Part shown: one piece after another, positions 35,148 through 43,735 of the stretch
How positions within the stretch are numbered: the stretch's first letter is position 1
Layout of the letters: the number at the start of each line of letters is the position of its first letter
Source of the DNA: a virus
Strand: one strand, 5' to 3'
DNA length: 64,000 nt
Virus record (IMG/VR): IMGVR_UViG_3300009163_000026
Span: 22,856 to 86,855 of that record
Made by a program: the position numbers and the translations under genes
Notes under the pieces: generated by a model
Databases searched by the model: none
Told to the model about the DNA's origin: nothing
Seen by the model: the letters and a program-made list of their open reading frames with translations, nothing else

Positions 35148-35339
35148 ACGAGAATTGTACTATAAAAAATTATTATAGCAACTACTCAGACTTTAGACAA
35201 CACATACCTATCAGTGAAGCCATTTAACGCAAGAGCGTAGTTTAGTAGGCTAGCAGTCCACTTATCTAACTTACAAGTCATACCTCTAAAGGTATAAGAT
35301 TCTTGAATACAATCTCTATCTATTGGTTCTAACATAATT

Positions 35340-35609
35340 TTATTTAATTTTAACGCCGATATACGCTGGTAAACTATACTTTGTGTCTCGTGGACAAACA
35401 AACCAACTATCAATAGTAGCTTTATTTTCACTGTGAGTTATGTCTGAAGCTCTAACCACATGACAAGGCTTCCAGCTCTTAACGGGAATGTTTATAAGAT
35501 CACTAACTGTCTTAAAGTCACCTTCAAAGCGGTAAGGATCGATATTGTATAGGAATCCGCTCTCCACAAAGTAGATATGCGAGTGTTTTTGGTTTGTAAG
35601 TAAATTCAT
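35340..35609 (-). CDS. Hypothetical protein
   Basis: ORF track, strand-consistent packing. Confidence 0.55.
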   Translation of the reverse strand: MNLLTNQKHSHIYFVESGFLYNIDPYRFEGDFKTVSDLINIPVKSWKPCHVVRASDITHSENKATIDSWFVCPRDTKYSLPAYIGVKIK

Positions 35610-35614
35610 AGTTG

Positions 35615-35848
35615 TTAATCTAAGTTTAGAGAATAGGCCTGAAGAGTTTGATAAATTTTTTCTCTTATCACGCTAGCAACATTTACCTCTTCGTTGGTCG
35701 CCTCTCTATTGTCAAATGTTGCGTACTTTGTAATGCTTCTTAGCTCCTGATCAAGATCCCAAAGCGCGCATTTCCATTTGCGACCATCTAAGGCTGTTCG
35801 TGCTTCGTCCTCTTCCTCTGTATCAAACTCAAGTGTTATTTTTGCCAT
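35615..35848 (-). CDS. Conserved small phage protein
   Basis: ITLEFD..A..G..W..ALWDLDQELRS..KY pattern. Confidence 0.7.
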   Translation of the reverse strand: MAKITLEFDTEEEDEARTALDGRKWKCALWDLDQELRSITKYATFDNREATNEEVNVASVIREKIYQTLQAYSLNLD

Positions 35849-35866
35849 ATTATAATTTATTTAGTT

Positions 35867-36142
35867 TTATAGAATACCGGTTGACAACTCTACGACAGTT
35901 ATAATTACCAGCCACATAAAAGTATTAACGCGTAAAGCAGCTTTTAAATTATAGTCACACTTGATCAAAAGGTCAACAGAATTTAATACTAGAGCGCAAA
36001 GCCCAAGCAATAGAAAGAAATTAAAGTTGGTTTGCGGTAAGAATTCTCTAAGCAAAGCAGCTACAAGAGCTGTTGCCCAAACAGCTTCAAAAATCACATA
36101 AGCGCCAGCAAGGCAGCTTAATAGTATTGTTCTCATTGTCAT
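35867..36142 (-). CDS. Three-TM membrane protein
   Basis: Hydrophobicity. Confidence 0.6.
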   Translation of the reverse strand: MTMRTILLSCLAGAYVIFEAVWATALVAALLREFLPQTNFNFFLLLGLCALVLNSVDLLIKCDYNLKAALRVNTFMWLVIITVVELSTGIL

Positions 36143-36144
36143 AA

Positions 36145-36540
36145 TTATTTTTGCAATAGTGCTTCGATGATTTTCTCAGCGTTTTCTTGAATGGACGGAT
36201 ATTCAAGAGTGGTAAATTGTTCTCCATGTTTAGCAATAAAGGCTTGCCAATCAGCGAGAGCTTCTGGGGTCAGTGGTCGTTGTTGTGGGCGAGCTTCAGA
36301 AGCTTTGCGAATGATTTCAACCAATTGATCTTCTTTATCTCGCGCTGCGGCAGAAATTTCTGATTTGTTGGGATAGACTTGCTGACGAATAGAAGTGCTT
36401 CCTGGAGCAACTTTAACTAACCACCAACCTTCACGTAAGCCATCATAAACATAAGGGTCATTCTCCTGTACATACTTACGTCCGACTTTCTTGTAACGAA
36501 TTTGGCTCATCTTATCATATATTCTTGTTTGTGCATTCAT
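36145..36540 (-). CDS. Hypothetical protein (YKKVGRKYV motif)
   Basis: GGAAC-N5-TAAAAT at 36551-36566. Confidence 0.65.
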   Translation of the reverse strand: MNAQTRIYDKMSQIRYKKVGRKYVQENDPYVYDGLREGWWLVKVAPGSTSIRQQVYPNKSEISAAARDKEDQLVEIIRKASEARPQQRPLTPEALADWQAFIAKHGEQFTTLEYPSIQENAEKIIEALLQK

Positions 36541-36553
36541 ATTTTATATTATT

Positions 36554-36829
36554 TTATTGGTGTTCCGTAGCGCGGGGTTCCGTAGAGCCTCGAATACGAT
36601 GAGCCGAAGTAACCCATTGCCCAATGCATGGATTTGTTTCACCTCGTTGTTGCATGATGATAGCTTCCTTGATCTTCTTAGCGTACTTAGCTGGGTCAAA
36701 TTCAACCAAGCCAACATCATTGTAACCTCCACAGCTCAAAAAGAGTGCAATCTCACGCAGCGCGTCTTCCGCTAAGTAAGCTTTCTCTTCTGCTGCTTCA
36801 GCTCTTTTAAGTAATTGTTCTTTGGTCAT
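36554..36829 (-). CDS. Hypothetical protein
   Basis: GGAAC promoter 36835-36850, ATG 5 nt after TATAAT. Confidence 0.6.
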   Translation of the reverse strand: MTKEQLLKRAEAAEEKAYLAEDALREIALFLSCGGYNDVGLVEFDPAKYAKKIKEAIIMQQRGETNPCIGQWVTSAHRIRGSTEPRATEHQ

Positions 36830-37521
36830 GCCTTATTATATCTTTGTTCCTTACTGTGTTCTAAGAATTCCAACTCCGCAAGTATCCTAGCACGGCATCC
36901 ATTAAAGTCAGTACTAAAATGATTATGGAAATGTCCAGCGTAGCTTTTTTTCGGCCTTGCCAATTTAAACAAGATATCATGATCATATCTTTCTTGGAGA
37001 CATTCATCCCAAAGTGTGGGATCGTCTTTTAACCAATGATAGAACGGTTGTTTATCAGTTGGTCCCAGCCAAGACGGAACAGAGTGAGTAATCAAAACAT
37101 CACACTCTTCAATCTTAGATTTATTAAGGACGAATGGCTCGTCTTTCCAATAAGAGAATCCTTCTCGCCGTATCTTTCGGTCAATAGAGATTGCTCCACC
37201 AACAAATAAAAACTTTTCATCGTTTATGATTTGTGTGTGGTAATCTGGAAGCAATTTAAAATGACTTAAATCTACTGAACCATCAAAGTAAGCGGGATCT
37301 GAGTGATTGCCTCTGATGCTCAAATACTCAATGTCTTTTGATTTTAAATAATCGTTGTATTCGTTAAATTGTTCTAGCTGTTTATCTCTAGGCACAAAGC
37401 CTTCACCGCCATCTCCAACATGAATCAAAATGCAATCTTTAATGCCATAAGCTTCAATAAGACGAAACATAACAGCATATTTGCCATGATTGTCACCAAC
37501 AATATAAACTTTACGGTACAT
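36826..37521 (-). CDS. Calcineurin-like metallophosphoesterase
   Basis: GDNHG, HVGD, RGNH, GGAISID, ITHSVP, GHFH. Confidence 0.9.
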   Translation of the reverse strand: MYRKVYIVGDNHGKYAVMFRLIEAYGIKDCILIHVGDGGEGFVPRDKQLEQFNEYNDYLKSKDIEYLSIRGNHSDPAYFDGSVDLSHFKLLPDYHTQIINDEKFLFVGGAISIDRKIRREGFSYWKDEPFVLNKSKIEECDVLITHSVPSWLGPTDKQPFYHWLKDDPTLWDECLQERYDHDILFKLARPKKSYAGHFHNHFSTDFNGCRARILAELEFLEHSKEQRYNKA

Positions 37522-37711
37522 CTTTAATATATTTTTCTTGTTTTAAATAATGCAAGATTTCGTCTTGCGGTCCATGAGTATAGCCTACCTTTTTTAATTT
37601 TCCACGTGCTTGTATTAGGGTAAGATCACGATAAGTCTCACCAAAAGAATGATAAAATATCATAGCGAACTTTGTAAACACGATGCTGTTGCCAGATTTA
37701 TAGTATCTCAC
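37511..37711 (-). CDS. Small hypothetical protein (GTG start)
   Basis: ORF track; TATAAT just upstream. Confidence 0.45.
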   Translation of the reverse strand: MRYYKSGNSIVFTKFAMIFYHSFGETYRDLTLIQARGKLKKVGYTHGPQDEILHYLKQEKYIKDVP

Positions 37712-37721
37712 TCTATTATAA

Positions 37722-38411
37722 TTATGCTTTCATGTATCCTTGCTTTTTTGCTTCAGACGGAGATAACGTTGCATACCAGCTACCTCTCTTACATATATCT
37801 CCCGCCTTGCCGCTATCCTGACAAGTCTTTGAAGTAAGATACTCTGCAAAACGAATCATACCATCAATGGTCTTGTCTCCGCTGTCAACATATACTCTTA
37901 GAGTTCCAAACTTTTCTTTATACTGAGCAACCTTTACTTGGCGTGGTTTGACATAGATATACATCTCACTTATAAACCATGCCGTAATCCTTAGCGTGAG
38001 TCTTCTTACCTTCATTGCAAAACTTTTGTTCATCTTTTTTGTTTGCTCTTCATTTCTAGCAACAGTATAGTCAACCTTTTTGTATGGATTAAAGATGACA
38101 TCTAGCCGCGCGTGAATCTTTCTCCAGATATTTTTATACACCCAAGCTTTGATCTTCTTGTCTGGATTGTCTTCAGTTTTGGTGGTGTACTTAATGTACT
38201 GATCGATGCTACCAAACAGATTATCCACAAGCGTCTCCCAACCCTTTGGGCAATCATTCCAGCATCGCTGAAATTGCGGCAGTAGTTGTCCATCTTCTCC
38301 AGTGTAGAAAAGATCAGGATACTTCTTAAATAAGTGTTGCTCAAAGTCAAATTCTGCTTTGGCCGTTGCTTCAATCTTTTCTTTTAGTTCTTTTGTGTTT
38401 TTTGCTTTCAT
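37722..38411 (-). CDS. Conserved phage protein (QxKEKFGTLRxY motif)
   Basis: CPKGW..L; QYKEKFGTLRVY; TCQDSGK..W. Confidence 0.75.
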   Translation of the reverse strand: MKAKNTKELKEKIEATAKAEFDFEQHLFKKYPDLFYTGEDGQLLPQFQRCWNDCPKGWETLVDNLFGSIDQYIKYTTKTEDNPDKKIKAWVYKNIWRKIHARLDVIFNPYKKVDYTVARNEEQTKKMNKSFAMKVRRLTLRITAWFISEMYIYVKPRQVKVAQYKEKFGTLRVYVDSGDKTIDGMIRFAEYLTSKTCQDSGKAGDICKRGSWYATLSPSEAKKQGYMKA

Positions 38412-38746
38412 AATTTATTTAAATTTTTATCAAACAATCCAAGCACCCAATTCAATCGGAATTGGCAATTAAAACGATCACTGGTGTAAAACAAATTACC
38501 AGCAATATCTTCCTCACTCTTATAGCCATAAGTATCTAACGGACTTCGCTCATCACGGCCATAATAATCATCAACGGCAAGCCACTTAGATTGTGCAGCA
38601 ATCACTCCAACATAAGGACGAATAATATCTTTTGCAGTTTCTAGAGGTACTCCTTGGCGGTAGAAATTACTAAACACATGTTTAGTCAACAGCTTGTAAC
38701 GTGCTGTTGCTTTTTTCTCAAGGCGATCCTTGGTCTTTTTTTTCAT
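38408..38746 (-). CDS. Hypothetical protein
   Basis: Variant promoter GAAAC-N5-TACAAT, ATG 5 nt downstream. Confidence 0.6.
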   Translation of the reverse strand: MKKKTKDRLEKKATARYKLLTKHVFSNFYRQGVPLETAKDIIRPYVGVIAAQSKWLAVDDYYGRDERSPLDTYGYKSEEDIAGNLFYTSDRFNCQFRLNWVLGLFDKNLNKL

Positions 38747-38775
38747 ATCTTATTGTATCAGTGTTTCAGTTATTT

Positions 38776-38988
38776 TTAATGAATATAAATTGCTTCGCAG
38801 TCAAATGGATCGGTGTGGGAGTATGCTACGTCATGCTTACCATAATACCATTCAGTGAACGTATTGAGCTTGATTTTGACTTGACCTGCGTGTTCAGCTT
38901 CATTTACGCCACCTTCATAGCCGCTAACAATTACCATAAGTTCTGGATCGTAGCCTTGCAGCTTTTCAATTAAATGTTTGACTTGCAT
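38776..38988 (-). CDS. Small phage protein (LIEKL..YDP..V.V.GYEGG type)
   Basis: GGAAC promoter 38995-39010. Confidence 0.7.
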   Translation of the reverse strand: MQVKHLIEKLQGYDPELMVIVSGYEGGVNEAEHAGQVKIKLNTFTEWYYGKHDVAYSHTDPFDCEAIYIH

Positions 38989-39013
38989 AACTATATTATA
39001 TCAAAGTTCCTTC

Positions 39014-39406
39014 TCAAAGTAAAGGTTTATTTTCAAAAATGTTGCCGATTACTTCACAGCTGGCGAAGGCAGGAATACTACTGCTTCCAAAATTTCTATG
39101 CGTGACTATAGGATCTTGAATGAAGCAGCCAAGCATGTCGTCCTCACCATTGGAGTATTGACCGATTCTGATTTCTCGATTCTTTTCTCTATAGACTACA
39201 ATGTCACCTTCATAAATGTCAACTCCGTTCTTATCTTTAAGACCTGTATATTGTTGCACGATGCATTCATTACCACCAGATCCATTTTGAAGATTGTGAA
39301 ATTCACCCTTCAAGGAAAGAACATAATGCCCTTGATAGCCTTCATCGCATCGAGTGAATCGTTCTGCTAGTTTATCCCAAGCTCTAAATTTTAGTTCTCT
39401 TTGCAT
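39014..39406 (-). CDS. YopX family protein; start re-called at MQRELKFRAWD
   Basis: KFRAWD, QYTGLKDKNG..IYEGDIV, EVIGNIFEN. Confidence 0.9.
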   Translation of the reverse strand: MQRELKFRAWDKLAERFTRCDEGYQGHYVLSLKGEFHNLQNGSGGNECIVQQYTGLKDKNGVDIYEGDIVVYREKNREIRIGQYSNGEDDMLGCFIQDPIVTHRNFGSSSIPAFASCEVIGNIFENKPLL

Positions 39407-39407
39407 A

Positions 39408-39587
39408 TTAATTTCCGTCTTCTGCTGGATTTGCATACAGCTTATCAATCTTACTAAGTTCGTCAAGGATTCCTTGACGATCCATACTAATATTTCGAGC
39501 AATATAAATTTTAGCACAAATATTGTCAAGCATAAGTAATTGCTCTTCTTTTGAATATTCGTGAATACGTTTGTATTTGTCTTCCAT
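39408..39587 (-). CDS. 59-aa hypothetical protein (MEDKYKRIHEY...)
   Basis: Hand-translated; GGAAC promoter 39593-39608. Confidence 0.65.
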   Translation of the reverse strand: MEDKYKRIHEYSKEEQLLMLDNICAKIYIARNISMDRQGILDELSKIDKLYANPAEDGN

Positions 39588-39607
39588 ACTTGATTATATT
39601 GGTGTTC

Positions 39608-39880
39608 CTACTTTGTCTTAATCTCCCAATCAAAGCAAAGTAGATTAAAGAATGGCAGGTCTCTCTCAGCGTCATACACCTCAATCTCTTCTAGCCAAAC
39701 ATAAGTAGATGAAGAATTAAGTTCTGTCTTGCGCACAGTGTATTCTTGATCCTTAACCAAATACTTTTGATCGTCAACTACATTAGAAAACCATGCGTGT
39801 TCGCACGGGTACTTAAATATAATTTTCTGACCATCTGCTGGGAATCCCAGTCTTTCTTTATCGTCTTCATACGTATTCAT
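39608..39880 (-). CDS. Hypothetical protein
   Basis: ORF track, tight packing. Confidence 0.6.
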   Translation of the reverse strand: MNTYEDDKERLGFPADGQKIIFKYPCEHAWFSNVVDDQKYLVKDQEYTVRKTELNSSSTYVWLEEIEVYDAERDLPFFNLLCFDWEIKTK

Positions 39881-39881
39881 A

Positions 39882-40208
39882 TTAATAATTTAATTTTAAA
39901 AAATCTGTATCTTTATCAAGCGTCTCGACAACATAATTAAAGCTCTGTGAATCTTTAGTTAATTTATCTAAAACGGATGCTCCATAAGAATGAAGTCCGT
40001 ATCTAGTTTTGTTACACCTGTAAATTGAACCTGAATGGCCAGTAAACTCGTATGCGTAACCAATGTCAGTGACTTTCTTAATACCGCTATTCAGCTGCCA
40101 ACTTGCGCTGCCTGTATAACTGCCATTCCAGCAAGCAAAAACCTTGTAGTTTGCTTGCTTACCGTCAATTTTAATAACTACCCATTTATCTGGTTTATTT
40201 ACGTCCAT
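39882..40208 (-). CDS. Conserved myovirus hypothetical protein
   Basis: PDKWVVIKI..YKVFA.W.G.Y..SW.LNSGI..G.SGS.Y.C. Confidence 0.75.
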   Translation of the reverse strand: MDVNKPDKWVVIKIDGKQANYKVFACWNGSYTGSASWQLNSGIKKVTDIGYAYEFTGHSGSIYRCNKTRYGLHSYGASVLDKLTKDSQSFNYVVETLDKDTDFLKLNY

Positions 40209-40693
40209 AATACTTGTCTTAATTCAAGTATAGTTGATAAAGTCTCATTATCAAGCCTTTCCATTTCTGCTTCAATACTAATTACTCCAGCATACCTTTT
40301 CAGATAATTGCTTTTATTATTAATCATGTCATCAATATTAGTAAACTCAGGATAAGCCTTGTATAAATCTTTATCTAATTGTGGCCTTTGCTTTGTGATA
40401 TAATCATAGCATTTAAGGATTTTTGCTTTTGTTTCTTTCTTCTCCTCAAATATTTTTTCCCAGTTTGGACTGCTATCCCTAAAATCTTCTTCGTCCCAAG
40501 CAACATTCTCAAAGCATTTTTCTCCGTCAACGTAATGCACCAAGCATTCGAACAGTATCATTCGAATCAACTCTACTTTATCGCACCAATGATTAGGAAT
40601 CTTTTTGGTGAGCCACCTTTGGCGGGGATTAAACATGCATTTAAAGTCTGACCAAGCATTACTCCAGAACCACCACTTAAATATTTTCTTCAT
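40199..40693 (-). CDS. Hypothetical protein
   Basis: GGAAC-N5-TACCAT at 40700-40715. Confidence 0.7.
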   Translation of the reverse strand: MKKIFKWWFWSNAWSDFKCMFNPRQRWLTKKIPNHWCDKVELIRMILFECLVHYVDGEKCFENVAWDEEDFRDSSPNWEKIFEEKKETKAKILKCYDYITKQRPQLDKDLYKAYPEFTNIDDMINNKSNYLKRYAGVISIEAEMERLDNETLSTILELRQVLWT

Positions 40694-40715
40694 ACACCTA
40701 TGGTACTAGAGTTCC

Positions 40716-40916
40716 TTATTTGGCACGCTTAGATTTTTTCCACCATTTACACCATGCGGTTGGCTTAATAACTCCAGCAACAGCAGAACAACCATGGGGC
40801 GGTCTCCACATGGTGCAGGCTTGACAAGCCTGTCCTTTAACAGTGCGCGCTACATAACCAGCCTCTACTTTAGAATGCTTGACTTTTTCTAAAAAGTATT
40901 GTATAAACTTTTTCAT
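40716..40916 (-). CDS. HiPIP-like 4Fe-4S protein without Tat signal
   Basis: Y..CQAC.MW..GCSAVAGVIKPTAWCKWW; TATAAATA at 40924-40931. Confidence 0.7.
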   Translation of the reverse strand: MKKFIQYFLEKVKHSKVEAGYVARTVKGQACQACTMWRPPHGCSAVAGVIKPTAWCKWWKKSKRAK

Positions 40917-40943
40917 ACTATATTATTTATAACCACTTTGTGA

Positions 40944-41615
40944 TTAAATATAAACTAATTCAAAATCTCCGTAATCATCAATAATGCAATAAGAACATGA
41001 CTCATCGCAAAAGCTACCAGTATTGATATATGTGCATTTTGCAAAGTGTCGTATCTCTGGATAGTGCGTATGACCAGCAATAAGTATCTCTGCTGTTTTT
41101 TGATGCTTTAAGACAAACTTTGAACGAACTAAATCTTTAGCTCTTATCCACGATTTAGATATTCTTTTGATGTGTCGTGTAAGTGTATGCGAACGATCGA
41201 TCTTTTGAAACCAATAATATAAACCAGTAAAGAACCATGTAATAAAAGGACGTTCGCTTGTCCATTTATCATATTGATGACCATGCTCTAGATAAAAACT
41301 TCTATTGTTTATTTTCATGTAGTAATCCTCAACAAAGTTCATACCTGTAACGCCTGTTATGAATTCACAATCTTCATCGTGATTTCCATGCACAAGAACA
41401 ACGCTATGTGTTTTAGTTAGCTTTCTTATTTTTGACAATATCTTCCAATCTTTTTTATCGTACCTATGAAAACTATAATTATCAAAAAGATCTCCATTGA
41501 TAATTAGAGTTTTAAAATTAAGGTCGAGTACTTTTAGAAACTTATCTTTCTGCGAGACACTTGTTCCTAAATGTATATCACTTACAACCAGGGTATTAAT
41601 TTCTTCTGTATTCAT
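40944..41615 (-). CDS. LpxH-like metallophosphoesterase (UDP-2,3-diacylglucosamine hydrolase family)
   Basis: VSDIHLG, NGDLFD, GNHD, HGHQYD, GHTH, YINTGS. Confidence 0.8.
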   Translation of the reverse strand: MNTEEINTLVVSDIHLGTSVSQKDKFLKVLDLNFKTLIINGDLFDNYSFHRYDKKDWKILSKIRKLTKTHSVVLVHGNHDEDCEFITGVTGMNFVEDYYMKINNRSFYLEHGHQYDKWTSERPFITWFFTGLYYWFQKIDRSHTLTRHIKRISKSWIRAKDLVRSKFVLKHQKTAEILIAGHTHYPEIRHFAKCTYINTGSFCDESCSYCIIDDYGDFELVYI

Positions 41616-42421
41616 CGCAAGCGTGTTATCTTCTTAATATATAAATTCTTTGGTCCGTTAGGCTTAGGCAAACTCACCATGTCTGTAATCACAGTTATTT
41701 CAGCCGCAGCCATTTGCGTACGGCTAGTAGGATCGCTAAGACCTTTTAAGATAACATACCTCGCCATAACAGCAGGAAAATAAACTGTTTTTAAAGTACG
41801 GTCAACCGCAAATGTTCCGCTAGCAACTGGAAGACCTCTGTCTAATCGATTAACGGATGCGTAAAACTCGTATTGTCCAAGCGTACCGTTTAGCCAAGCG
41901 TCCTGACGAGGCAAATAAGTAAAGCCTTTTATTGTTTGCGCTCCGCCCAAGTCAATTTGAATTTCATGTGGAAAAGGAGGTTGAGATTGCCTCCATGCCG
42001 TATGCCAAAAAGTGTTTGGGTTTTTATCAATTGCTAAAAAAGCATCATAGCCATTAGCTTCCTCGCTATCCACATACACCACTCCTGTTGTGTATGTCAC
42101 AGGCCAATCATTATCGTTGGTAGGAATCACATAAGATATTTCATCGCTGTCTAAACTTTCTAGTCCTTCATCATTGAAAGCACTGACTGCAAAAAAATAC
42201 TGTGTGCCTTCAACCATATTGGGTATGGTTATTTCAGTCACTTTACCTGTAGGCACAACTACAGAATAAACTCTTGAAGCAAAGCCATATTTTAGTTTGT
42301 AACCTGCGATATTGGCTTCGGGATTAGCATCCCACGCAAGGGTCACTGTACTATCACAGTGACCCGTGATGCCTGTTAACCATAAGCAAACCAATGCATA
42401 CAACAAACAGACCGCTTTCAT
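41612..42421 (-). CDS. Secreted FN3 + F5/8 type C (discoidin/CBM32) protein; start re-called at MKAVCLL
   Basis: Signal peptide; VTLAWD..GYKLKYG..YFFAVSAFN; AID.NPNTFWHT..PHEIQIDLG..YLPRQD. Confidence 0.85.
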   Translation of the reverse strand: MKAVCLLYALVCLWLTGITGHCDSTVTLAWDANPEANIAGYKLKYGFASRVYSVVVPTGKVTEITIPNMVEGTQYFFAVSAFNDEGLESLDSDEISYVIPTNDNDWPVTYTTGVVYVDSEEANGYDAFLAIDKNPNTFWHTAWRQSQPPFPHEIQIDLGGAQTIKGFTYLPRQDAWLNGTLGQYEFYASVNRLDRGLPVASGTFAVDRTLKTVYFPAVMARYVILKGLSDPTSRTQMAAAEITVITDMVSLPKPNGPKNLYIKKITRLR

Positions 42422-42422
42422 A

Positions 42423-42779
42423 TTACCGCCTTGTGCTTGTGGTTGTAGTAGTTGTGACGCGCACAATACGCTTTACAAATACGCCCTTAGGATTGAGCGG
42501 TGCTGCTGGAATAATCAGCGTCGCTGATGGCTCCGATTCACCGCCAGCGTTTACAGACACAACGGTAATTGCGGTAGCAGTGTCAGGAATAACAAACGTG
42601 GCTTCGTTTGTTTCTACCGTTGCTGCAACAGCATCACCTACTTTTACGATAAATGAAGTTGCAGTGGTGTCTGCTTCCCATCCGATAGTTGCAGTACGAT
42701 CTGCAAATGCTAGCGCTGTTAATAAAAATGAAACAGCAATTGTTGTTAGAGCCTTAAGGCTATTTGTTTTATTTTTCAT
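42423..42779 (-). CDS. Secreted small FN3-like protein
   Basis: Signal peptide; ATIGWE..VVSVNAGGESEPS..P. Confidence 0.65.
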   Translation of the reverse strand: MKNKTNSLKALTTIAVSFLLTALAFADRTATIGWEADTTATSFIVKVGDAVAATVETNEATFVIPDTATAITVVSVNAGGESEPSATLIIPAAPLNPKGVFVKRIVRVTTTTTTSTRR

Positions 42780-43213
42780 AAAGGTATATATAGGTACTTT
42801 TGCATTTCAATTTGGCCAATAGGGTTAGCTGAATGTATAAAAGTATTTATTCTACTAATCTTATTATTAGTCTTATGACAGAAATCTATAAAGTATTTCA
42901 CACAATCAAGGCCTGTTTTAACTTTAAAATTATCATATAGGATTTCATTGTGTTGCTTAGTGTGACTAAACCAATGATCAATGTGCTCCTGATCCAAATC
43001 ATGATCGAATGAAACGTTATTAGGTAAGCCTTTGGAGTTTAACATGAACACAAATTCATCATAACTACGCACAATTACCCAATCGTCGTCTTTTATGCCA
43101 GTCTGGTTAGCAAGTGATCTACTCGGCATAACCTTACCCTCACTATCACGCTTAGGATAAATATACGCGTGAGCCGGCATGCGAATATCATCAAGAAACA
43201 AATTATAACTCAT
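42776..43213 (-). CDS. Cyclic-phosphate-processing receiver-like domain protein
   Basis: LFLDDIRMP, VRSYDEF, SFDHDL, TGLDC, HSANPIG. Confidence 0.8.
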   Translation of the reverse strand: MSYNLFLDDIRMPAHAYIYPKRDSEGKVMPSRSLANQTGIKDDDWVIVRSYDEFVFMLNSKGLPNNVSFDHDLDQEHIDHWFSHTKQHNEILYDNFKVKTGLDCVKYFIDFCHKTNNKISRINTFIHSANPIGQIEMQKYLYIPL

Positions 43214-43544
43214 CTTTTAATCTTTTAAAAATTTCTTCAGATCCATGAATAACATCCTGTAATTCATCCTTTTCAAATACAAGAAGCTGCGGTACAGCTT
43301 TTATATTATGAAGCTTAAAAAACTCAGAATTATCTTCCATCTGCTTAATCTCAACAACAATATTATTTGTATCAAGCTTTGCCTTTAAAACCTTACACGG
43401 GCCACAAAAGTTAGCCGACGCTAATATGTACTTCTTTTTAGGTTTGAAGATATTATCCCAACCATCCCTGTATGCTTGATTAGGTGGTTCTGTCTTAATA
43501 AACTTTCCAGTTATATTGTTCTGTGCTATTATTCCTGTAGCCAT
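43203..43544 (-). CDS. Thioredoxin/glutaredoxin-like protein with N-terminal extension
   Basis: FCGPC active site; AVP cis-Pro loop. Confidence 0.8.
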   Translation of the reverse strand: MATGIIAQNNITGKFIKTEPPNQAYRDGWDNIFKPKKKYILASANFCGPCKVLKAKLDTNNIVVEIKQMEDNSEFFKLHNIKAVPQLLVFEKDELQDVIHGSEEIFKRLKDEL

Positions 43545-43735
43545 AAGTTATTTGAAGGATTGATATAATTGTTAAATATGTAATCAAAGATAGCTTCATC
43601 TTCATCATGATCAACTATATTAAGATCTGATAATAGCTTAGCGTATAGACTATCTTGCTGCGTAGATAAATCTACAATAGCTAGTTTAATACGCTCTATC
43701 TCTGTCTGTTGCTCTGTTGTTAGTTTAGTTTTCAT
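43529..43735 (-). CDS. Hypothetical protein
   Basis: ORF track. Confidence 0.55.
   Translation of the reverse strand: MKTKLTTEQQTEIERIKLAIVDLSTQQDSLYAKLLSDLNIVDHDEDEAIFDYIFNNYINPSNNLWLQE

Noticed and set aside
37511-37711. ORF translated as MRYYKS as a further MRY member
   Set aside because: GTG start, only 66 aa and no PExHPxFN motif; left out of the family count.
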